A DNA stretch of 64,000 nt, taken from an uncultured Planctomycetota bacterium (GTDB taxonomy: Bacteria; Planctomycetota; Planctomycetia; Gemmatales; Gemmataceae). Below the pieces are notes generated by a model. That model was not told the origin of the DNA and ran no database searches. It was given only the letters and a program-made list of their open reading frames with translations. The stretch covers positions 480,001-544,000 of the forward strand of contig CAWKHF010000005.1 of the NCBI GenBank assembly GCA_963849325.1, in the 5' to 3' direction. Below, piece after piece: positions 10,184-20,312 of the stretch (the stretch's first letter is position 1; each line of letters opens with the position of its first letter). Position numbers and translations under genes: made by a program.

Positions 10184-11213
10184 TCAAAACGAGGCAAAGC
10201 CGTCCGCCTCTCGCCGACGCCGGGGCGGCTGGCGTCCGTCTCTCCGTAAGGTCAACTCCACCAGACCGCGGCTCGACGCCCCAGGCCGCCGCGTCGGGGT
10301 CGGACGGTCGCTCTCTCGCAGTCGGCGACGATGGCGGAGCACGCTCGGCATCTCCCCCAGCGCCCGCAATCGGCCGAGCACGAAGGGCATCAATTCGCCT
10401 TCCTGCCAGCGCCGCCACGCCTTGGCGGCGAGGACAGCCGCATGCCAGGGCAGGGCGCGGAGCAGCTCGCGGCCGGGCAGGTTGCGCCAGAACACGCGCT
10501 CCTCGTTGCGCGATTGTTGTTCGAGCAGGCGGCGCGACGGCCGGCCGTGCGACGCCGAGACGCGATGCCACACCCGCGACGCCGGCTCATAAACGACACG
10601 ATACCCCGCCCAGTGCAGCCGAAACGACAGATCGACATCCTCGAAGTAGGCGCCGAATTCTTCCGGGAACGCACCCACTTCCAGCAGCGCCTCGCGTCGA
10701 TAGAAGGCGGCGGAGGCGCTGGCGCCGAAGACTTCGCCGCCTTGCAGGTAGATTCGCGGTGAGAGGCTGCCCGTGGCCGCGTTTGCCGGCCACGCCGCCG
10801 ACGAAGTAACGATCGCCGGCGCTGTCGATGTGCGGCGATTCGTCCGTGGGAGGGCCGCGCAGCACCAGAGGGGCGACAGCGGCCACACGCGGATGGAGGA
10901 AATGATCCAGGGCGGCCTCCGTCCATCCCGCTGTCACCTCGGTGTCATCGTTGAGCAACTCGACGACGGGATGTCGGGCGGCGCGGATGCCGGCGTTGGC
11001 GGCGACACAGAAACCGCGTCGCCGCGGCAGACGCAGCACACGCACACCGGCGAACTCGTAGGCGGTCCGGCTGACGGCCCAGCCTGGCGAAGCATCATCG
11101 ACCACGACGATTTCCGCGTCCGCCGGTGCGTGCCGCCGCACGCTCGCCAGGCACAGGCGCAGCAGGTCGGCCCGGTTATGGCTGGGTATCACGATGGACA
11201 GAGAGGGCCGCAC
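10184..11213 (-). CDS. Glycosyltransferase family 2 (frameshift ~10750; 3' end uncertain)
   Basis: SIVIPSHN, VVVDDAS, LLNDDT, YFEDVDLSFRL. Confidence 0.9.
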
Positions 11214-12255
11214 GCCATTCCTCCCGGCGCCGCACCACGCGCAGCAGCCGCCGGCCGGCGGCGCCGATCCGGCCGCGCCGAAGTCCTTCACCATGCGGCC
11301 CAGACGTGTCGAACAGCCCGGCGTGCGCCTCGTCGCCTCGTCGCCATGCTCGCCGCTGTCGCAGCCACGCCTCGACGCGGATGATGCCGGCCAGGATGCG
11401 CACCTGCCACGCCGGCCAGTGCTTGCGGGCGTAGGTCAAGAGCGCGTGCCGCGTGATGAGCCGCAAGTGCGCCGGCACCGAACGGGCGTGCAGCGGATGA
11501 TGGTGCGTGGCGCACAGGTCCGGCTCGTGCCACACCGTCCAGCCGCGCTCCCGCGCCCGCCGGCACAGATCGACGTCCTCGTAATAGAGGAAGAAATCGC
11601 CGTCCAGCCCGCCGAGGTTCTCCCAGCACGTTCGCCGCACCAGCAAGCAGCAGCCCGTTACCCAGTCCACCGGCCGGCACGCCGCCGTCGGCCGCAGGTA
11701 ATACTTCCGCCACGGTCGCGGCAGCAGCAGGCGAATCAGCGAGGACACGAGAGTCGGGAATGGCCCGGCCGAGCGCTGTCGGCCGCCGTCGGCATCGCGC
11801 AGACCGAAGCCGAGGATGCCCGTGTGGGCGTCGGTTCGCGCCAGCTCCTCGGCCCGCGCCAGGGCCTTGTCGAGAAAGCCGGGTTCCAGCGTCATGTCGG
11901 GGTTGAGCAAGAGCAGCCAGTCGCCGCGACTGAGGCGAACGCCTTCGTTGACGGCGCGGGCGAAGCCGCGATTGCTGCGCCAGCGCCGCAGCGACACGCC
12001 CGGCATCCGCCGCAGTCGCGGGATGAGGGCGTGCCAGGGTGAATCGTTGTCCACGATGACCACCTCGGCGGCGCCGTGCCGCAGGGCCGGCGCCGCGCGC
12101 AGCTGCCGGACCAGCGTCGCCGTGTCCTGCCATTGCAGGTAGTTGACCACCACCACCGACAGCCGGGGCACGGCGGGAACGAGCCGGGGCCGCAACTGCC
12201 GGCGGCGGGGCTCCGGGAGCAAGACCGAGAGGAGGGATGTAGCGCTGGAGTCCAT
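11176..12255 (-). CDS. Glycosyltransferase family 2, WbbL/WfgS-like
   Basis: SVVVVNY, IVDNDS, NRGFARAVN, LLNPD, VDWVTGCC, FFLYYEDVDLC. Confidence 0.92.
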   Translation of the reverse strand: MDSSATSLLSVLLPEPRRRQLRPRLVPAVPRLSVVVVNYLQWQDTATLVRQLRAAPALRHGAAEVVIVDNDSPWHALIPRLRRMPGVSLRRWRSNRGFARAVNEGVRLSRGDWLLLLNPDMTLEPGFLDKALARAEELARTDAHTGILGFGLRDADGGRQRSAGPFPTLVSSLIRLLLPRPWRKYYLRPTAACRPVDWVTGCCLLVRRTCWENLGGLDGDFFLYYEDVDLCRRARERGWTVWHEPDLCATHHHPLHARSVPAHLRLITRHALLTYARKHWPAWQVRILAGIIRVEAWLRQRRAWRRGDEAHAGLFDTSGPHGEGLRRGRIGAAGRRLLRVVRRREEWRAALSVHRDTQP

Positions 12256-12371
12256 CGGGTTCCTTCCCTGGAACGACGATCGATCGCCGGGTAGCTGGTT
12301 AAAGTCGGTGAAGTATAGTCTTTCCGCCGTCTGCGAAGCAATGCCGTCTTGCTACTAGTGGCGGCTTGTCT

Positions 12372-12469
12372 TTCTCCCCTCTCCCCCGCTTCGGGGGAGA
12401 GGGGTAGGGGGTGAGGGGGAGGAGCCGCCCCCTACCCCTCTCCCCCGAAGCGGGGGAGAGGGGGGAGAA
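12372..12469. repeat. Palindromic box repeat, family C (CCCCTCTCCCCCGCTTCGGGGGAGAGGGG with GGGGGTGAGGGG)
   Basis: Two inverted hairpin units; other copies at 25052, 34891, 51714 and 61023. Confidence 0.9.
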
Positions 12470-13505
12470 GGCAGCGGCGACCTACGCGCTGGAAAATCGG
12501 CATGTAGTTCATCGGCACCGACAAGATGATGACGGCGATGGAGGTTTGATACACAGGTCCGACCTCGAAGCGGTCGCGGCCGGACCAGCTGCCATCCGCG
12601 GTTTGCGTCGGCAGGAAGGTGTCGCCGATGCGCTTGTACCAGTCCTCCCACTCCTTGCCGCCGACCTGGTGCATGGCGTGCGAGGCATAGTAATGGCCGT
12701 ACCAGAAGTGCTGACGTTCGCCGGCGCGCTGCTTGAGAAAGGTCGAGGCGCCGGGGATCTCCGCCGCCTTGTATTCGCCGGTCAGTTGCAGGACGCAGAC
12801 GCCGGCGGCGGTGCGAGCGAAACCGGGCGCCGAACCCGGCTGGTAGGCGAAGCCGCCGGCGTGACGGTTGTAGCAGCGCTTGATGTAGGCGATGGCCCGG
12901 CGCAGGGTCTCGTCGGGGACGTGCAGGCCGCTGTTCTTGGCGGCGCGCAGGGCCATCACCTGCATGATGGTGACGGAGATGTCGGCGCCGGTCGGCCGCG
13001 GCTCGTAGCGCCAACCGCCCTCGGGGTTCTGGCAGCCGACGATGAGATTGACGGCCTTGGTCAGCACCGGCTTGATGTCCTTGTCGCCGTTCATGCCCCA
13101 CAACTCGGCCAGCGCCAGCGTCGCCATGGCATGACCGTACATGTTGCCGCCGCGCGTGCCGGCCAGGTAGCCGTCACTGCGCGCCGAGGCGAGCAGGAAC
13201 CGCGCCCCCTTGGCGACCTCCGGTCCGTACAGCCCCTCGTTGGGCAAATGGCCCTGCGACAGAAACGCCAACAGCGCGAACGACGTGATGGCCGTGTTGT
13301 GCGGGTAGCGTCCCTCGCTCCAGGAGCCGTCCGAGTTCTGCCGGCTGGCCAGCCATTCGAGCGCCTTGGCCGTGGCCTTGCGGGCCCGCTCGCTCATCTT
13401 GACCTCGGCGGGGGCGGTCTTGTCGTTTTGGTCCGCCGCGCGGGATGGTTGAGCGGCTACCAGGGCAATGGTGAGAACCAAGTAGATCAGACGAAATGAG
13501 CACAT
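12432..13505 (-). CDS. Secreted prenyltransferase/squalene-oxidase-repeat protein (true end probably ~12482 after PIFQR)
   Basis: Signal peptide; QW-type repeats (WLASRQNSDGSW, QNPEGGWRY, QTADGSW); MYGHAMATLALAE; ADISVT. Confidence 0.88.
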   Translation of the reverse strand: MCSFRLIYLVLTIALVAAQPSRAADQNDKTAPAEVKMSERARKATAKALEWLASRQNSDGSWSEGRYPHNTAITSFALLAFLSQGHLPNEGLYGPEVAKGARFLLASARSDGYLAGTRGGNMYGHAMATLALAELWGMNGDKDIKPVLTKAVNLIVGCQNPEGGWRYEPRPTGADISVTIMQVMALRAAKNSGLHVPDETLRRAIAYIKRCYNRHAGGFAYQPGSAPGFARTAAGVCVLQLTGEYKAAEIPGASTFLKQRAGERQHFWYGHYYASHAMHQVGGKEWEDWYKRIGDTFLPTQTADGSWSGRDRFEVGPVYQTSIAVIILSVPMNYMPIFQRVGRRCLLPPLPRFGGEG

Positions 13506-13547
13506 GGGAGCAATCCTCAATGCTTCTGGCCCTGATCCCACCATCCT

Positions 13548-13802
13548 TCAGGAATGGTTCGCGGGAGGGGCGGGAGACGCCAACGCCTCCACCTGCATGA
13601 CGTGCAGCAACGAAATCGTCACCAGGCGATCGTACACCGGCTCGGGGTCGTTGGGGCGCGGCAGTCCAACCGCCACCGTGCTCCGGCCTACCATCACCAA
13701 TTCCGGGTGGTGAACCTCGTAGGTTCTTCCGTCGGTCAGGGTCAGACGAAACGGCTGAAACGGCTGCCGTCTCACATACTCGCGAATGTCTTCGGTTCGC
13801 AT
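13548..13802 (-). CDS. Small conserved-looking hypothetical protein, 84 aa
   Basis: GGAGG RBS; RRQPFQPFRLTLTDGRTYEVHHPE, a motif type I recognise from Planctomycete hypothetical proteins. Confidence 0.75.
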   Translation of the reverse strand: MRTEDIREYVRRQPFQPFRLTLTDGRTYEVHHPELVMVGRSTVAVGLPRPNDPEPVYDRLVTISLLHVMQVEALASPAPPANHS

Positions 13803-13836
13803 CGCCGTCCTCCGAGGCAAAGTCCTGGAGTCATCT

Positions 13837-13888
13837 TAGCCGCTTGCGGCTTAGCGGGCCGCGACACGCGCTAAGCCGCAAGCGGCTA
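13837..13888. repeat. REP-like palindrome, family D (TAGCCGCTTGCGGCTTAGCG/CGCTAAGCCGCAAGCGGCTA)
   Basis: Perfect 20-bp arms; a half copy lies at 28403-28420. Confidence 0.85.
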
Positions 13889-13922
13889 CGGCGGACCAGA
13901 TTTCAACACCTTATGCCCTACC

Positions 13923-16900
13923 TCACGGCTTCGATTTCTCCGGCGCCATCGATGCCGGCTTGCCCCTGGCGATGTTGACGTAATACTGCTGGATGAGGGC
14001 GGCATATTCCGGCGGCAGCTTGTCGCTGAGGGCTTGCTTGATTAGCTCGCGCTGGCGCGGCGGCAGGTGGATGAAGGCGCCGTCGCCGCGCAGATCCCGC
14101 AACTGGGAGGGGCCATTGTTCCGCTGGCCGTCGGCGATGCGGTTGCCGTTGCCGCGACCCTCGTTCTTCTCGCGGCCCTTGCCGGGCTTGGTACTCTTGC
14201 CCTGGCCTTCGTTCTGGCCCGGCTTTTGTCCCGATTTCTGCCCCTGTCCTTCCTTTTGTCCCTGGCCTTCCCCTTCCTTGGGTTGGCCCTGTCCCGGCTT
14301 GTGGCCCTCGCCCTTTTCGCCGGCCTTGGCCATCGCCGAGTGGAGCGTGTCCAGCGCTTGCTTGAGCTGGGCCGCGGCTTCTCCCTGCGCCTTATGGGCG
14401 GGGTGGGCCTCGGTCTGCTGGAGTTTCTGCCCGGCCTTGGCCAGCTGTTCGCCGGCCTTCTGAAGCTGCGGCTTGACCACGCCGGGCGCTTGCGCCTGGG
14501 CCTGGGCCAGCGCCGCCATCGCGGCCCGGTTGGCGGCCTGCGACTTGGCCAGCGCCTTCGTCGCTTCCATCAGAGCCTTCTGCGACTGCGCCAGCTGGCC
14601 GGCGTTCTTGGACTCGGCCGGCATCGGCGCGCCTTTCGGCGATACCTCGGTCGATTGGCCCTTCTGGTGGGCGGCGTCTTGCAGCTGCGCCAGCGCTCGC
14701 TTCTGCTGCGCCATCGCTTCCTTCAGATCGCCTTTTTGCAGCGCCTCCGCCGCTTCGCGGGCCGGCTGCTTGGCCTCGGGCGCCTCGACCTTTTCCGCTT
14801 GCTTGGCGACATCCTTTTGCAGCTTCGCCAGGTCGGGCTTGGCCGCTTGAGGCTTGGGGGCCATTTGCTCGGCCGCCTGCTTGGACTGCTTGGCGGCCTG
14901 CTCGGTCTGCTCCAGCGCCTTGGCGATTTGCTGGGCCGCGTTCGTCGGATCGACCGTGTCCGGCTGCATGGCCGCCTGGTCGGCCGCCTCCATGCCCTTC
15001 TTCTCGTCCAGCGCCTTGGCGACCGCCTTCTGCGCTTCCTTCAGTTTCTCGACGGCCTTGTCCGCGTTCTTGGCGGCCGGCGGCAGCTGCTTCTTGTCGA
15101 GGTCGGTCTTGGCGGCGTCCATGTGCTTGACGCCGTCCGCGACGTGCGGCGCCGCTTCGGGGGCCGACTTTTCGAGTTGCTTGCCCAGCTCCTTCGCCTG
15201 CGGCGTCAGCTCGCCCTGTTTCTTGGCCAGGTCCTTGGCGTCCGCCGATTCGGGCTTCTTGGCCTTGTCGTGTGCCTCCTCGGCGACCTTGCCTTCCTTC
15301 TCGATCATCTCCTGCAACTTGCGGTCGGCGTCCTCCAGCTTGGCGATGTCGTCGCGGCGCTGCTCGATCTCGGCCACCTGCTCGGCCAGCGCCTTTTTCG
15401 CCTCTTCGAGCTTGGCCAGGGCTTGGTCCTGCTTGGCCACCGCCGGCGGCGCCTGCTTGTCCTTCAGCGGTTTCGCCGCTTCCGTCATCGCCTTCGCCGC
15501 GTGGTCGAGGGCTTTCTGCGCCTCCGGCTTGGCGGCGGTCGGCTGCTGATTGATCTGCTCGGTGTGCCGGGCGAGGTCTTCCTGCTTGGGGGCCAGGTAC
15601 GGCAGGCGCTGCGTTTGCTCGGCCTTGCCGGCCTCCTCCGTCTTGTCGCGGACGTCCTTCTGCTCCTTGATGATCTGCTCGACCTGGGCCAACGTGTCCT
15701 TGAGGTTGGCCAGCGGATCATCCTGGGCCTTCTCCGCCTCGGTGATGAGGCGATCCAGTTCCGTCTTCACCGCGCCAGCTCGGCCGCGGCCTTCTCCTGC
15801 GGGCGCAGTGCCTCGGCGATCGGCGGCTTGCGCGTGGCCTGTTCGCGCAGGGCCAGCTGCGCCTGGCGCATGACCTTCTCGATCAGCGGGAACCGGCCAG
15901 CCAGCTCCCGGACGTGCGGCTGCAGCAGAGCGCGAGTGGCCTGCGTCTCGAACTCGAGCGCGGCCTGCCGGCTGCTCAGGCCGCGCGCCCACTGCAAGTT
16001 CAGCTCCGGCATCTCCTCGGGCCGAGCGTCCGGCTTCTCCTTCTCCGGCGGCGTCTGCGCGATCTGCCGCACGATCTCCTGGTCCTCGATGGCGCGTTCG
16101 ACGCGCTGTCGGGCCTCGCGCAGCGCCTCCAGCTTCTCGCGCGGATCGCGCAAGAGGCGGGCCAGTTCGCGGATGTCGCCGGCCGCCTGCCACTGCATCT
16201 CGGATGCCTTCCGCCAGCGCGGCCGACGCGTCTCGACCGGGTAGGTGGTGCGCAGGTGACGACCGATTGTCACCAAATTATCGAGAAGCTGCGCCGACCG
16301 GGCGATGTCCTCCATCCGGCGCACGCGCTCTTGTTGCTCGGGCGGCAGCAATTTCCGCAGCCCGGCCGCCTGCTCGATCAGGGCGGTCAGGTCGCGGTGG
16401 AGGAAGCTCTGTTCGCCGGCCAACCGTTCCGCTCGCAGCCGCGATTCCTCGTGCTTGCGCGGGTCCGACTGGCGTTCGTCCTCCCAGGCCAGCTGGACGT
16501 TCTGCAGATGCTGGTCCAACTCGTCGCGCGCCAGCTTGTCCAGGCGCTCGGCCGCTTGCTCCAGGCTCTTGATCGCCTCGAAGCGAATGAGCAATCCCTT
16601 CAGTCCGAGGACAATTTGTTCGTGCCGCTCCTGTGCTTCTTGCAACTCCTTGGTACGCGACTCGCCGCCGGTCTTGCCGGCTTTCTCCAGGGCGTCGATG
16701 AGGCGGGTCATCTGCTCGCGGCTGAGACCGCTGAGGGTGTCGGCCACCTGATCGAGCAGCTGCTTCTCCGCCGTCCGGTCCAGGCGGTTGTATTGCAGCA
16801 CGCGGACCATGGTTTCGACGCGACGCACTAGGCGGTCGGTCTCGGCCTGAATCTGCTTTTGCCGCTGCTCCTGTGTCGCCAGGTCGGGCGTCGCGGGCGC

Positions 16901-16969
16901 CGCCGGAGACAGTCCCGTCAGTGCCAGCAATACCCACGCCGCCAGACCGATCGTTCGTGTGCGCATCAT
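13923..16969 (-). CDS. Large secreted coiled-coil protein, ~1000 aa (frameshift ~15770)
   Basis: Signal peptide; A/Q/K/E-rich helical repeats; Gly/Gln-rich linker; C-terminal LPPRQRELIKQALSDKLPPEYAALIQQYY. Confidence 0.8.
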
Positions 16970-17077
16970 GGATACGTCCTCGGAGGAAGCGGCGAAATGC
17001 CGACTCTCGACATCGCGCCCGGAAACCCCTTCGTAACCCTAATGGTATCGCGCCTCGTTCGTCCGTGCCAAAACTCC

Positions 17078-17133
17078 TCCGAGCCTGAAGCGTAAGCGAA
17101 GAGAAGATCCTTCGCTTACGCTTCAGGCTCGGA
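17078..17133. repeat. REP-like palindrome (TCCGAGCCTGAAGCGTAAGCGAAG / CTTCGCTTACGCTTCAGGCTCGGA)
   Basis: Perfect 24-bp arms, intergenic. Confidence 0.85.
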
Positions 17134-17157
17134 CAAACACGCGCTGTCCGCTCGCTC

Positions 17158-20100
17158 TTAGCGTTTCTTCTCCGGCGGCGCGGTCCGGTACTCCAGCCCG
17201 GGCAACGGCTCGTCCGTCGCCGGATCGCGTAGCTCCAGGTAAAACTCCCACGCGGCCATCCGGTTATCGATCTTGACCAGCACTTCATTCCAGCCGTCCA
17301 TTAACTCGATGGACACCCGGTCGCTATTGGGTTCGGCTTTGCGCTGCACGTTCTTATCGTGTACGATCCGGCGGTTGAGCCAGACCTTGATGCCGTCGTC
17401 GCTGCCGGTGGCGAGGAGGACGTGGCGTTTCCTGTCGGGCCGGACCCAGCAGACCGCGTAGCCGATGGAGCGGTCGGCGGTCTCGGGGCGGAGCGCGAAG
17501 GCGCCAAGCAGGTCGATCTTGCTGGAGACGCTGTGGTATTCGCGCCAGCGGACCTTGCCGCCCCGGCCGTCGTACTCGCGCTGAAGCTCCACCGGGCCTT
17601 TCTCCGGCGGATAGCTCCGGCCGTGCCCGCGCTGGTCGGGGTCGGCGAACGGCCCGAGCACCAGCCAATCCTTGACGAAGCGTTTGCCGTCGTTGGGCGG
17701 CGTCGTCCGCACGCGCAGCCGCTGATCGCGCAGCGGTTTGCCCGTCGCGGGGTCGAGCAGGTCGAAGTAGAACGCCCACGTCCCGAAGCGGTTATCGACC
17801 TTGACGAGCACTTCCTGCCAGCCGGCGTCGAGGACGACCGGCGTTTTCTCGTCGCCGGGCACGGCCTCGCGGTGGACGGCCTTGTCCAGCACCAACCGGC
17901 GGTCGATCCACACCTTGATACCGTCGTCGCTGCCGGTGGCGAGGATGGCCTTGCCCCTCCAGGCGTGTTTGACCCAGCAGACGGCGTAGGCCACGCCCGC
18001 CTCGCCGTGACCAAAGAACTTTTGCAGGTCCACTTTGTCCGTTGGACTGTGATAGAGCTGCCAGCGAACCTTACCCCCCAGTCCGTCGTACTGGCTGGCG
18101 AGGTCGATCGATTCGATCTTATTCTTTTCGGGCGGATACGCCTGCTCGTGGCCGGCGTCCTTGTCGTTGGCGAATGGGCCGAGCAGCAGCCAGCTGCGGC
18201 CGAGGACGTTCTCGGCGTCGTGTACCACGTTGGGCTGTTCGCGGGCGCCGGCATGTTCCGCGTCGGCGCGACGGAGGGCCGTTCGTCCGGCAAGAGCGAC
18301 GTATTGCCGGCGATGCCGCGCTGCTTCTCCTCCAGCTGGCGGATACGTTCCTTCTGGTCCTCCTTGCGGTCGAGCCAGGCGAGGAAGTCTTTTTGTCCGA
18401 CCACCTCTTTCTCGCGCAGCCCCGAGCGGCCGGGCTGGCCTTCGGGGTCGGCGCGGCCGAACACTTCCACGAAGAATTGAATGCGGTCGCCTTCTTGCAG
18501 CTTGAGCAGACCGCCCTTGCCGTCGGGAATGCCGGCTGAGTCGAAATCGTAGCGGCCACCGCCCTCCGTGCCGCCCAGTTGGTCCGGCTCATCTACCGGC
18601 CAGGTAGAAAACTCCTCGCGGGCCTTGTCGCCGGGATCTTTCGCTCCGGCCGGCGCCCCCAGCGGCAGAGGCAAGAAATCCGTGTCGCGCGGCTCCTCGG
18701 TGTCGTCCTCGCGGCTGGCGCTGTGGGGGATGACACGATAGCGCAGGCGAGCGTGACTGAGTCCGTAGGCGGCACTACAGCGGTAGGCCAGTGGCACACG
18801 CTGACCCAGAAGCAGCGGAATGCCTTCGATCTCGTCATCCTCGCTCGGCGCGCTGCTGGTGCTGGAGAGCGTCTCCGGCAGCAGGGCGACCTCCGGCGGA
18901 TCGACGGGTCCGGTGCGGATGCCGCGTCGCGGCTTGTCGCTGTTTTCCAGGCCGAACTCGTCGCGCACCACGATGCGGTAGGCCGTCTCCGTTTGCAGCG
19001 ACTCGCCGTGCGCGACCAGGACAAGACCGGCCCACGGCAGGCTGACCGGACAGCCGATACCTACGCCGACGGCCAGCGGCGCCAGCAGTTCGGGCCGTAT
19101 CCCCGGCTGGAACGAGAATGTGCCCTCGGCCTTGCGGCCGTCCTCTCCAACCGCGAGATCGACCGAGCGCCGCACCGCCTCGGCACGGGCGCCGGGCTTG
19201 ACCACCTCGGCGAAGGCGTGCGGCGGGCCAAGCACCTCGACGGTAGCTTTGGCAATCGGCTTTTGCGTCTCGATGGCGATGCGCGCCGCCGAGCCGGCCA
19301 GGCGGTAAACGATGTCGGCCCCCTTCTGCGGCTCCTCATAGGGTTGGCCGCTCGATTTCGAGCCGACGTAGGCCGGCAGCTGCACCCATGCCTCTTGCCG
19401 CTGCACGACCGGCCGCGGCTCGAAGTGTATGTCCGCCGGTTGATGCGTCCGGCCGTCCTTGAGCCAGGCGCGATAGTTGAAGTCCCGCGTACCGGGCGGC
19501 ACGCGCGCGGCGAACGTCGCTCCCGATTCGTCCCGCGATTCAAAGATCAACTCGTGCCGTTCGCTGTCGCCGTCCCTGGGTTCGAGGCGCACCTCGCCCT
19601 TGAAATGCTCGGCGAACGCTCCCCGGACGTGGAAGCGCAGCAAGCCTTCCTCGCCCGCCGGCCAAACCTCATGGGTGCGGACGCTCTCGATGGCGAGCGA
19701 ACGCGGGATGGGACGCTCGGCGAGGAATTGCCGGGCGAGCAGCGCCTGCGCCGTCTCCGGCCACAGCAGGAACGCCAGCACGGCAGCCAGTGCCAGCGGC
19801 GCCAGAAGCAGGACCGACCATTTCCAACGCCGGGCGTCGGCGACGCGCGCGAAGTCGAGGGCGGTGGCTTGCTCCTCGGCCTGCCGCGTGACGGCGGCGA
19901 TCATCGCCGGCGACATGCCCTCCGTGTCGGCCCCCGGCCGGTTGAGCTGCACCGCCGAGATGAGCCGATGACCCAGCTCGGGCATCTTCTCCTCGATCCA
20001 CAGTGCCACTTGCGTGTCACTCAGCCGCCGGGCCAGCAGCCGCAGGAGGAACACCACTCCGGCCAGCCACAGCGCAACCTGCACGCCGAGCAGCGTCCCG

Positions 20101-20312
20101 CGCAGCCAGCGCGGCGTATCGCGGTACAGATCGACGACGAAATCGATCAGGCAGGCGGCGGCGAGGACGGCGGCGAAGACGGTCAGGCCGCGCGCCGCGG
20201 CCCAGGTCAGCCGCAGCAGACGCTCGCGCCGGCGCAGGCGGTTCAATTGTCGCTGGATGGAACGGGGCACCATAAACATCAGCTCAGGTTCGAGAACTTG
20301 CGTAGCAGCCAT
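17158..20312 (-). CDS. Membrane-anchored DUF4175-like protein with two C-terminal carbohydrate-binding/PA14-like repeats (frameshift ~18235)
   Basis: N-terminal TM segments and RLISAVQL; beta-rich middle; duplicated WLxLGPF..YPPEK..YAVCWV..ATGSDDGIKVW..GWxEVLVKxDN module. Confidence 0.75.

Noticed and set aside
12320..12350. Sigma54 promoter upstream of the GT2 pair (CGGCATTGCTTCGC)
   Set aside because: The GG-GC spacing is 9 nt, not the required 10.
12432..13505. Squalene-hopene cyclase / hopanoid biosynthesis gene
   Set aside because: It is only a single-barrel-sized protein with a signal peptide, has no DXDD catalytic motif, and has no hpn genes nearby.
14067..16244. Long plus-strand ORFs (also 4968-6929, 18579-20423, 46236-48353)
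   Set aside because: They are antisense shadows of real GC-rich genes, with no motifs and implausible composition.
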